A stretch of DNA of 64,000 nucleotides, from positions 3,123 through 67,122 of the forward strand of contig PNAA01000056.1 in assembly GCA_003169975.1 (NCBI GenBank), read 5' to 3'. This document shows positions 52,548 to 60,685 of the stretch, in pieces. The stretch is from Spartobacteria bacterium (GTDB lineage Bacteria > Verrucomicrobiota > Verrucomicrobiia > Chthoniobacterales > UBA10450). Below the pieces are notes generated by a model that had not been told where the DNA came from, searched no databases, and saw nothing but the letters and a program-made list of their open reading frames with translations. The position numbers and the translations under genes are program-made. How positions within the stretch are numbered: position 1 is the stretch's first letter; each line of letters begins with the position of its first letter.

Positions 52548-54419
52548 TTACTCGACCGTCACGCTTTTCGCGAGATTCCTCGGCTTGTCCACGTCGCGCC
52601 CAAGCGCAACGGCAAGATGGTAGGCGAATAATTGTAGCGGGATGACGGTCAGCACCGGCATCACGATATCGTCCGCGTCGGGCACGGTGATGATGTCGTC
52701 GGCGATGCCTTTCAGTTTCGCGGCGCCGCTGGCGGTCGTGACCGCGATGATCGGGCCTTTGCGCGCGCGCACCTGCTCGATGTTATTCATGTTCTTGGAA
52801 AAGACCGCATCGTCCGGCGCGATGAAAACCGACGGCAGTTCCGGTTTCACGAGCGCGATCACGCCGTGCTTCAATTCCGCGCTCGGATGTCCCTCGGCAT
52901 AAAGATAGGTGATCTCTTTCAACTTGAGCGCCGCTTCCAGCGCGATCGGGAAATTGAATTGTCGGCCAAAAAAAAGCATGCCCGTCGCTTTGACATATTT
53001 CTTGGCGACCTCTTTGATCTGGTCGCTCATTTTCAAGATTTGCTCGATCTTTTCCGGCAGCGATTCCAGGGCTGCGATGATGGAGCTGCCTTCCGCGGTC
53101 GAGAGATGGCGCATCCGGCCTAACAATAAGCCGATCAAGGTGAGAATCACGACCTGCGAGGTGAAGGATTTGGTCGCCGCCACGCCAATCTCCGGCCCGG
53201 CGTGCATGTAAACGCCGCCGTCGCTTTCCCGCGCGATCGTGCTCGCGACGTTGTTGCAAATGCCGAGCGTGCGATGGCCTTTGCGCTTGCTCTCACGGAG
53301 TGCGCCTAACGTGTCGGCGGTCTCGCCGCTCTGGCTGATGGCGAAGACCAGGGTGTCGGTCGTCATCGGCGTGTTGCGATGGCGGAACTCACTCGCGTAT
53401 TCCACTTCCACCGGGATGTGCGCGAGTTGCTCGATCAAGTATTCGCCGACCATGCCGGCGTGCAGCGCGGTTCCGCATCCAGTCAAAACCACCCGGCCGA
53501 CGTCGCGCAATTGCGCCGGGGTCATGTTCAAGCCGCCGAGTTTCGCGGTGCATTCCTCGACACTCAGCCGGCCGCGCATCGCGTCGCGCACCGAGCCGGG
53601 CTGCTCAAAGATTTCCTTGAGCATGTAGTGCGGGTAATCGCCTTTCTTGATGTCCTCGGCCGTGAACTCGACCTTGCTGATCGCGTGGCTCCCGCGCTCG
53701 CCGGCGAGCGAACTGATCTCGAATTTGTCGCGCTCGACCGCGACGAGATCGAAGTCGTTCAGGTAAACCGCGTCGCGCGTGTGGGCGACGATCGCGCTCA
53801 CATCGCTCGCTAGAAAATTCTCGTCCTTCCCCACCCCGAGAACGAGCGGGCTGCCGCGGCGCGCGCCAACGATGAAATCGGGAATGTCCGCGTGGACCAA
53901 GGCGATGCCGTAGGTGCCGATGACCTGTTGCAAGGCCGTGCGCAGCGCTTCCACGAGCAACGCCTTGTGCCGGCGCGGATCGACCACGCCAACGGCGGAG
54001 TCGTCGTAAATTTTCCCGACCAAATGCGCCAGCACTTCGGTGTCAGTCTCGGAAGTAAAGTGATGCGGGCCTTCCTGCAGCAGCGCATCCTTGATCTGCT
54101 GGTAATTTTCGATCACGCCGTTGTGGACGAGGGCGAGTTTGCCGCTCTCGTCGAAATGCGGATGGGCATTTTGATCGGTCGGTTTGCCGTGCGTCGCCCA
54201 GCGGGTGTGGCTGATGCCGTAAGTGCCGGGCGCGGGATGTTCGGCCATCAATTTCGAAAGCCCGGCGATGCGGCCGGCGCATTTGCGCGTCTCGACGTGA
54301 TCGCCATCGACGATCGCGACCCCCGCGGAATCGTAGCCGCGGTACTCGAGCCGGCGCAATCCATCGAGCAGGATGGGCGCGGCTTCCGCTCTTCCGACGT
54401 ATCCGACGATGCCACACAT
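52548..54419 (-). CDS. glmS: glutamine--fructose-6-phosphate aminotransferase
   Basis: MCGIVGYVG N-terminal nucleophile, two SIS domains, C-terminal ...KPRNLAKSVTVE. Confidence 0.95.
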   Translation of the reverse strand: MCGIVGYVGRAEAAPILLDGLRRLEYRGYDSAGVAIVDGDHVETRKCAGRIAGLSKLMAEHPAPGTYGISHTRWATHGKPTDQNAHPHFDESGKLALVHNGVIENYQQIKDALLQEGPHHFTSETDTEVLAHLVGKIYDDSAVGVVDPRRHKALLVEALRTALQQVIGTYGIALVHADIPDFIVGARRGSPLVLGVGKDENFLASDVSAIVAHTRDAVYLNDFDLVAVERDKFEISSLAGERGSHAISKVEFTAEDIKKGDYPHYMLKEIFEQPGSVRDAMRGRLSVEECTAKLGGLNMTPAQLRDVGRVVLTGCGTALHAGMVGEYLIEQLAHIPVEVEYASEFRHRNTPMTTDTLVFAISQSGETADTLGALRESKRKGHRTLGICNNVASTIARESDGGVYMHAGPEIGVAATKSFTSQVVILTLIGLLLGRMRHLSTAEGSSIIAALESLPEKIEQILKMSDQIKEVAKKYVKATGMLFFGRQFNFPIALEAALKLKEITYLYAEGHPSAELKHGVIALVKPELPSVFIAPDDAVFSKNMNNIEQVRARKGPIIAVTTASGAAKLKGIADDIITVPDADDIVMPVLTVIPLQLFAYHLAVALGRDVDKPRNLAKSVTVE

Positions 54420-54491
54420 GATGGATTAAGGCGTTATGGGTTGAAGCGGTGAAGCGTGACATTACCCGGCGCAGGAAGCAAGGAGAGGAGA

Positions 54492-54603
54492 GCAATGACG
54501 AATCACCGAATACCGAATGTCGAAGGAATGACCAAAGTCCGAATGAGGAACGATTGAAGGCTGCACCTTCGTCATTCTTCATTCCTTCGACCTTCGTCAT
54601 CGC
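54492..54603. repeat. imperfect palindromic element built from (G)AATGACGAA / TTCGTCATT(C) units, copy 1
   Basis: The ends GCAATGACGAA ... TTCGTCATCGC are inverted. Internal GTCGAAGGAATGA units recur on both arms. It lies in the divergent glmS-glgC spacer. Confidence 0.5.
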
Positions 54604-54665
54604 TTTTCCGATTACGACTCGCGTAACTGGAAAATCCGATCTACTCCTTGAGGGTCTCTCTTCCT

Positions 54666-55967
54666 ATGCCGCAATCTCCTGCTCTGCCGCCCGGCACCAC
54701 CCAGCGCACCCTCTCCATCATCATGGGCGGCGGCGCGGGGACACGCTTGTTTCCGCTGACCAAGGATCGTTCCAAACCGGCGGTTCCGTTAGGCGGAAAA
54801 TACCGGCTGGTCGACATCCCGATCAGCAACTGCCTCAACTCCGGGCTGCGCTCGATCTACGTGCTCACCCAGTTCAACAGCATGTCGCTCCATCGCCATA
54901 TCCAGGCGAGCTACAAGTTCGATAATTTTTCACGCAGCTTTGTCGACATTCTCGCCGCGCAACAAACCCCCGAGGGCGCCCAGTGGTACCAGGGCACCGC
55001 CGACGCCGTCCGGCAAAACCTCCGTTATTTCCTCGAGCAGCCCTACGACTATTTCCTCATCCTGAGCGGCGACCAGCTCTATCGGATGGATTTTCGAACG
55101 CTCCTCCACCAGCACATCCGCTCCGGTGCCGAGATCACGCTGGCCACCACGCCCGTGCAGCGCACCGCCGCCACCGATTTCGGGATCATGTTGAGCGGAC
55201 CGGACCGGAGGATCACGCGGTTCGAGGAAAAGCCGAAGGAAACAGCGGTGCTCGACGAGCTGAAAATGGATCGCGAGCTGCTCACTTCGATCGAGAGCAA
55301 CCCCGATGAAGAACTGTTTCAAGCGTCGATGGGCATTTACGTTTTCAATCGCCAGGTGCTGGTCGATTGCCTGAACAGCGATCTCGACGATTTCGGCAAG
55401 CACGTCATCCCGCGGGCGATCGGCGAACGGCACGTCAATGCGTTTATTTTCAAGGGCTACTGGGAAGACATCGGAACGATCCGCGCTTTCTACGAGGCGA
55501 ATCTCGACCTGACCAATCTCGTGCCTAACTATAGCTTCTTCGATGCGCAGGCACCGATCTATACCCACCCGCGCTTCCTGCCCGGGAGCAAAATCAACGG
55601 CGCGACGCTCCGCCAGGCGATCATCTCGGACGGCTGCATCATTTCCGACGCCCACATCGAACGCAGCGTGATCGGGGTGCGCAGCATCATCCGGAGCGGG
55701 GCGACGATCCGCAACAGCGTGCTCATGGGCGGCGACCATTTTGAAGGAGCCGCGCCCGCCAAATCGCCCGACCTGCCGCCGATCGGCATTGGACGAAACT
55801 GCGTGATCGATCGCGCGATCATCGACAAGAACGCGCGCATCGGCGACGGCGTGGTGATCACGCCGGAAGGCAAGGAAGCGAATCTCGACGCGCCCAATTA
55901 CTACATTCGCGACGGGATCGTGGTCGTGCCGAAAGATGCGGTCATTCCCGCCGGCTTTTGGATATAG
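54666..55967 (+). CDS. glgC: glucose-1-phosphate adenylyltransferase
   Basis: IIMGGGAGTRLFPLTKDRSKPAVPLGGKYRLVDIPISN signature. I prefer the ATG at 54666 over the TTG at 54648. Confidence 0.9.
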   Translation: MPQSPALPPGTTQRTLSIIMGGGAGTRLFPLTKDRSKPAVPLGGKYRLVDIPISNCLNSGLRSIYVLTQFNSMSLHRHIQASYKFDNFSRSFVDILAAQQTPEGAQWYQGTADAVRQNLRYFLEQPYDYFLILSGDQLYRMDFRTLLHQHIRSGAEITLATTPVQRTAATDFGIMLSGPDRRITRFEEKPKETAVLDELKMDRELLTSIESNPDEELFQASMGIYVFNRQVLVDCLNSDLDDFGKHVIPRAIGERHVNAFIFKGYWEDIGTIRAFYEANLDLTNLVPNYSFFDAQAPIYTHPRFLPGSKINGATLRQAIISDGCIISDAHIERSVIGVRSIIRSGATIRNSVLMGGDHFEGAAPAKSPDLPPIGIGRNCVIDRAIIDKNARIGDGVVITPEGKEANLDAPNYYIRDGIVVVPKDAVIPAGFWI

Positions 55968-55993
55968 CTGATCGAAACCTTCAGCCCCGACGG

Positions 55994-56242
55994 TCAGTAG
56001 CCGGCAGGATTGTTGGGATTGACGCCACCGTTGGCGCCGTTGAGTCCCGCGGGCAAGCCGGCCGTGCTTTCCCAGCCCTGCGGCTTGTTCCACGGAATAC
56101 TCGACTCGCGCTGCGCATCGGGGTCGCCCAGCAAAGCGGTATGTTTCGGTTCATCGGTGGCACACGAACTCAAGGCGGCCGCCGCAAGCAAGATCGTTAG
56201 GCCGCAGCGAACCCTAAGATGACGAATTGTTACTTCCAGCAT
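55994..56242 (-). CDS. small lipoprotein (hypothetical)
   Basis: Lipobox LLAAAALSS-C, then a Pro/Gly/Asn-rich 50-aa tail. It overlaps the upstream gene end by 29 nt, so the start is uncertain. Confidence 0.45.
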   Translation of the reverse strand: MLEVTIRHLRVRCGLTILLAAAALSSCATDEPKHTALLGDPDAQRESSIPWNKPQGWESTAGLPAGLNGANGGVNPNNPAGY

Positions 56243-57047
56243 AAATGACGGTATCTCCAGGCTGCACTTGGACGCCGCGCGCCAAGCTATTGGTGATGAT
56301 ATCGCCTATCGAAGTGGTCGGTTCAACTGAGGAGATCCGGATTTTGCCGATCAGCGCCCCGCGGCGCATGACCAGCATCTCCGAGTTGGGCACCACACCC
56401 TGTCGATCGCCCATGCTGAGGACGACGAAATTGTAGGCCTGGTTGACCGCGAGAATCGTGCCGTGCACGCCGGGCGCGTTCACCCCCGATTCGCGCCGCT
56501 TTTTCTCCTCCTCGATCGCCGCGACCCGGTCCTGCGCGGCTCTCACCTTGTCCGCCAGCATCGACTTCTCCCGTTCCGCCGCCTCCAGTTGGTGCTTGGT
56601 GTCATCGAGCAACGCTTTCGATTCGTTAGGCGAAACGCCCTCCGGCGCGCCGGGCACCCCGCCGACGGTCGCTTCCGCCACCCGCTTCTTCAGATCCGCG
56701 ATCTGGCCCTCGCGCGCCTGCACCTTGGACTCCAGTTCGGCTTTCTCGTTTTGCGCCTTCGTCAGATCGGCTTCCGCGCTCGTCGCCTTCGCTTCCGCCG
56801 CCGTCGCTTTGTTCGCCGCCGCCGCGAACTCGACCTCGCGCGCCTTCAACTTCTTCTCGCTCGCCATCCGGGCCCGATCGGCTATCTCGCGCGCCGAGGA
56901 GGTGGTGACGATTTCGTTCCGCAAGCCCTTTAACTTGCTCGAATTCAAGAACCCGAAAAGCAGGGAGAGCGTCATCAGGAGGGCGGAAACCCCGATCAAT
57001 ATCTTGGGCATGTTGGCGAGTGGCTGAGGTAACGTCGTGATGGACAC
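56214..57047 (-). CDS. membrane-anchored coiled-coil protein with C-terminal beta-rich domain
   Basis: One TM helix (ILIGVSALLMTLSLLFGFL), about 150 aa of Ala/Glu/Lys heptad-like sequence, and a C-terminus GTILAVNQAYNFVVLSMGDRQGV... Confidence 0.6.
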   Translation of the reverse strand: MSITTLPQPLANMPKILIGVSALLMTLSLLFGFLNSSKLKGLRNEIVTTSSAREIADRARMASEKKLKAREVEFAAAANKATAAEAKATSAEADLTKAQNEKAELESKVQAREGQIADLKKRVAEATVGGVPGAPEGVSPNESKALLDDTKHQLEAAEREKSMLADKVRAAQDRVAAIEEEKKRRESGVNAPGVHGTILAVNQAYNFVVLSMGDRQGVVPNSEMLVMRRGALIGKIRISSVEPTTSIGDIITNSLARGVQVQPGDTVIYAGSNNSSS

Positions 57048-57175
57048 AAAGGTGAGGCAGCGTTTTTAGACGGGAACCGCCTGACATGGCAACATTGAAT
57101 TCAGAATTTTGTCCGCGGCACCGACGCGCGGTTCCGATTGCGCCGCTGGCGCTTCCGGCCTATAGCAACTGCCTC

Positions 57176-57313
57176 ATGGGTCAACAACACCGAGTCACCG
57201 TCAAGCGGAAGCGCCGGAAAGCTTATGTCGAACGCAAGCGGGCGGCAGCGAAAGCGCCGCGCCGGACCGGAGCAAAGCCTCGCGCCAAGAAGCCGGCCGC
57301 CGCCGCCTCTTAG
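57176..57313 (+). CDS. possible 45-aa highly basic peptide
   Basis: MGQQHRVTVKRKRRKAYVERKRAAAKAPRRTGAKPRAKKPAAAAS. About 40% Lys/Arg. Weak call. Confidence 0.3.
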   Translation: MGQQHRVTVKRKRRKAYVERKRAAAKAPRRTGAKPRAKKPAAAAS

Positions 57314-57371
57314 AAACGCCGCCCGGCGGACGCGGGTTGATTCCAGCGCCTCCGCCATTCTATCGTGACCG

Positions 57372-57776
57372 GTGCGGCCGCAATATCTCTTGGTCGACGG
57401 TCATAGCATTATTTTTGCCTGGCCAGAACTGCGGCTGCTCCATGCGCGCCGCACCTCCCTCGCGCGCGAGGCCCTCATCCGGCAGCTGCGCGACTACCAG
57501 GATTGGAGCGGGGTGCGTGTGGTTGTCGTCTTCGATGGCCGCGGCACGGCCATCTCCCACGAAGCCGATCCGGGCGAGATTCAAATCTTCTATTCGCGCG
57601 ACGGGCAAACGGCGGACTCGATCATCGAGCGTTTGGCGAGCAAATATGCGGAGCGCTTCGATCTCGTCGTCGCGACCGGCGATTACCTCGAGCAGGAAAC
57701 AGCGAGCGCGAGCGGTGCCGAGACCGTTTCCCCGGAAGGATTACGCGAACGCTTGCAGGAAGCCCGCCCTCGTTAG
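57372..57776 (+). CDS. NYN/YacP-like (DUF901) predicted ribonuclease
   Basis: LLVDGHSIIFAWPEL...VVVFDG...IFYSRDGQTADSIIERL is the YacP/Rae1-type NYN signature. GTG start. Confidence 0.75.
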   Translation: MRPQYLLVDGHSIIFAWPELRLLHARRTSLAREALIRQLRDYQDWSGVRVVVVFDGRGTAISHEADPGEIQIFYSRDGQTADSIIERLASKYAERFDLVVATGDYLEQETASASGAETVSPEGLRERLQEARPR

Positions 57777-58219
57777 GCTGCGCCGAGGAGCGCGGGACGC
57801 GCCCGAGCGAGCGCCTCACGACGCGCGCGCTGCCGGCACGTCGCAAGGACTCGCGAAAGGACACAATAAAGTTGTTCAATCGGGAGATTCTTGCTCACGT
57901 AGCCGTTCGCTCCCGCCCGCAGGGCCGCGTGCATTTTTTCTTCATCGTAGCCGACGCCGGTAAAGACGATGATGGGCAGGCTCGGCTGGATCTCGCGCAC
58001 GTAAGTAATGAGCGAGATGCCGTCCACTTTCGGCATGTTCAAATCGACCACCACCACTTCGCAGTCGTGCAGCTCGAGCCAGGAAGCGGTCTGGAAGCCC
58101 TCCGTCAATGTTGCGCAGGTGTGCCCCTTCTGTTTCAGGTAGCCGGCGAGGAATCTTGTGATCGCCGGATCGTCATCAATCACGAGGAAATCGGCTCGGT
58201 CCCGGTTGAGGATTTTCAT
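57773..58219 (-). CDS. single-domain CheY-like response regulator
   Basis: MKILNRDRADFLVIDDDP...VVVVDLNMPKVDG...FTGVG...GANGYVSK. I prefer the ATG at 58219 over the longer track ORF. Confidence 0.85.
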   Translation of the reverse strand: MKILNRDRADFLVIDDDPAITRFLAGYLKQKGHTCATLTEGFQTASWLELHDCEVVVVDLNMPKVDGISLITYVREIQPSLPIIVFTGVGYDEEKMHAALRAGANGYVSKNLPIEQLYCVLSRVLATCRQRARREALARARPALLGAA

Positions 58220-58252
58220 AGAGAGAAAGCTGATGCGGCAGGTGGTGCCATA

Positions 58253-58269
58253 ATTACTATAATTGTAAT
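58253..58269. promoter_or_regulatory. AT-rich patch ATTAC-TATAATT-GTAAT (possible -10 box / operator) upstream of the response regulator
   Basis: It is the only AT-rich stretch in the 58220-58484 divergent spacer. It has 5-bp inverted arms around TATAAT (reads TATAGT/TACAAT on the minus strand), about 35-45 nt from the ATG at 58219. Confidence 0.25.
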
Positions 58270-58484
58270 AAGCAGTAACCTTGCCACTTGGCCCCGGCCC
58301 CTGTTTTTTTCTCAAAACGCGGCCCCGGTTTCCCGGAGGGGTCTTGTTCCCGGCCCCGTCGTTCGGCCGCAGAGGGCCGGCACGCTCGACCCACGACGAA
58401 TTTTCCGTTAGGAGAGCGCGCGCTACGCCGGAGGCGAAACTTTTCGTTGAAGAGCCGTGACCCAGACTCCAGCGTAACCCCCCG

Positions 58485-60554
58485 ATGTCCCGCGAATACA
58501 CACTCCAGCGCGCTCCCTCCGCGGCGACGATCAACATCGATTACAGGAGCGAGCTGAACGAGCAGCAGTACGCGGCCGTGACCGCGCCGCCCGGACCGCT
58601 GCTCGTCATCGCCGGCGCGGGCTCCGGCAAGACGCGCACCCTGACCTATCGTGTCGCCTACCTGCTCGAAAATGGCGTCGACCCGCGCAACATCCTTCTC
58701 CTCACCTTCACGAACAAAGCCGCGCGCCAGATGCTCGACCGGGTTGCGAATCTCCTCCCCGTCGATGCGAGCGGACTCTGGGGCGGGACGTTCCACTCCA
58801 TCGGTAACCGGATGCTGCGACGACACGGGAGCGCGCTCGGATATTCGAGCGGATTCACAATCATGGACCGCGAGGACCAGAAAGACCTGCTCAACGCGGT
58901 CGTCGCGGGTTCCGGCATTGATCCGAAGGAAATCCGGTTCCCGAAGGGTGAGGTGCTCGCGGATATTTTCAGTTTCGTCGTTAACACCGAGCGGCCGATC
59001 GAGGAATTGCTCGCGGAGAAGTTTCCGTATTTCCTTCCGCTCCTCGAGCAAATCAAGGACGTGCATCTGCGCTACGAGCGGCGGAAAAAATCGACGAACT
59101 CGCTCGATTTCGACGATCTGCTGGAGAAGACACTCCGGATGTTGAAGGAGCACGAGGAAATCGCGGCCTTCTATCGGCGGCAATTCCAGTTCATCCTGGT
59201 GGACGAATATCAGGACACGAACAAGATCCAGGCCGACCTCATCGACCTGCTCGCCGCGGAACACCAGAACGTGATGGTCGTGGGCGACGACGCGCAATCG
59301 ATCTATTCCTGGCGCGGGGCCAACTTCCAAAACATCCTCGCCTTCCCCCGGCGTTATCCCAGCGCGCAGGTCTTCAAGATCGAGCTTAACTATCGCAGCG
59401 TGCCGGAGATCCTGCAGGTGGCGAACGCGGCCATCGCGGCCAATGTGCAGCAGTTCCGTAAACAGCTCAGCGCTACGCGCCTAACGAACTCGTTGAAACC
59501 CGCGATCGTGGCCCTGAACGATGGCGGCGAGCAATCGCAGTTCATCGCCCAGCGCATTCTCGAGCTGCGCGATGAAGGGATCGAGTTGAACGAGATCGCA
59601 GTCCTTTACCGGGCGCACTATCACGCGGTGGAGCTGCAATTGGAGCTTTCGCGCCGCGGCATTCCCTATCAGATCACCAGCGGCATTCGTTTCTTCGAGC
59701 AGGCGCACATCAAAGACGTCGCGGCCTTCATTCGCTTCGTCGCCAATCCGCGCGATGAAGTCGCTTTCAAACGAATGGTTCGGCTGCTGCCGGGCATCGG
59801 CGGCAAGAGCGCGGAGAATCTTTGGCGTTCCTGGGAAGAGTCGTTAGGCGAAACGACTCCCGTTGTCGCCGGGGGCGCTGACCCCGGCTCGGTAAATATG
59901 GCCGGATCGCCGGCCGGGGTCACCGCGCCCGGCTACAATTTTGGCGATCGGCTGCGCGCGCTGCCAGTCGGCGCGCGGTCAAAGAAATCCTGGGAGCAAC
60001 TGGCTTATACCCTCGACGAAATCGCGCCTCACGGGCAGCCGAACCAGCCGACCGAGATGATCATGTCGATCGTCGAGGCGATTTACGATGACTACGCGAA
60101 GGCCAATTTCGCCAATTACGAGCTGCGCAAGGAAGACCTTACGCAACTCGCCGCTTTCGCGCGCCAGTTCAAAGACATTCACGAATTTCTCTCGCAACTC
60201 GCGCTCATCAGCAATGTCGATGCGGAGCCGGCGGCCAACCAGACCGGCGACACCGAGGCGGTGAATCTGTCCACCGTGCACCAGGCGAAAGGACTCGAGT
60301 TCCACTCCGTCTTTGTCATTTGGCTGACCGACGGAATGTTCCCCAGCACCCGCTCGCTCGAGACCCGCAACGCGATCGAAGAAGAGCGCCGTCTTTTTTA
60401 CGTCGCGATCACCCGCGCCAAAGACGAACTCTATCTCACCTATCCGCACATGCGCCTCAACGCCGGCTACGGCGACATGTTTCAGCGCCCGTCGCGTTTC
60501 CTGAAAGAGATTCCGACCACGCTCGTCGAGGACTGGAATGTGAGGAGGGGTTAA
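58485..60554 (+). CDS. ATP-dependent DNA helicase, UvrD/PcrA/Rep family
   Basis: AGAGSGKTRTLTYR (motif I), LVDEYQDTN (II), VVGDDAQSIYSWRGA (III), VHQAKGLEF, YVAITRAK. Confidence 0.9.
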   Translation: MSREYTLQRAPSAATINIDYRSELNEQQYAAVTAPPGPLLVIAGAGSGKTRTLTYRVAYLLENGVDPRNILLLTFTNKAARQMLDRVANLLPVDASGLWGGTFHSIGNRMLRRHGSALGYSSGFTIMDREDQKDLLNAVVAGSGIDPKEIRFPKGEVLADIFSFVVNTERPIEELLAEKFPYFLPLLEQIKDVHLRYERRKKSTNSLDFDDLLEKTLRMLKEHEEIAAFYRRQFQFILVDEYQDTNKIQADLIDLLAAEHQNVMVVGDDAQSIYSWRGANFQNILAFPRRYPSAQVFKIELNYRSVPEILQVANAAIAANVQQFRKQLSATRLTNSLKPAIVALNDGGEQSQFIAQRILELRDEGIELNEIAVLYRAHYHAVELQLELSRRGIPYQITSGIRFFEQAHIKDVAAFIRFVANPRDEVAFKRMVRLLPGIGGKSAENLWRSWEESLGETTPVVAGGADPGSVNMAGSPAGVTAPGYNFGDRLRALPVGARSKKSWEQLAYTLDEIAPHGQPNQPTEMIMSIVEAIYDDYAKANFANYELRKEDLTQLAAFARQFKDIHEFLSQLALISNVDAEPAANQTGDTEAVNLSTVHQAKGLEFHSVFVIWLTDGMFPSTRSLETRNAIEEERRLFYVAITRAKDELYLTYPHMRLNAGYGDMFQRPSRFLKEIPTTLVEDWNVRRG

Positions 60555-60681
60555 AATGACGAAGCACGAATGACGAAGCCAGAAGGAATGACGAAATCCG
60601 AATGACAAAAACAGAAGATGCTCTTTCGTCATTCGACCTTCGACATTGATTCGGATTTCGTCATTCGTGCTTCGTCATTTT
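60553..60681. repeat. 129-bp palindromic element with perfect 25-bp terminal inverted repeats (AAAATGACGAAGCACGAATGACGAA), copy 2 of the ATGACGAA family
   Basis: 60553-60577 is the exact reverse complement of 60657-60681. The inner arms also pair apart from a 17-nt bulge. It spans from the helicase stop codon to 4 nt before the malQ ATG. Confidence 0.75.
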
Positions 60682-60685
60682 CCTG

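Noticed and set aside
54420-54665. glmS ribozyme in the glmS leader.
   Set aside because: The leader is occupied by the ATGACGAA-type palindromic element. I see none of the conserved glmS ribozyme core. That ribozyme is mainly a Firmicutes and Deinococcus-Thermus feature.
58285-58360. Three GGCCCCGG-type GC blocks and a T7 run in the regulator-helicase spacer, as a terminator or repeat family.
   Set aside because: I could not fold a convincing stem directly preceding the T-run, and the blocks are too short to distinguish from GC-rich background.
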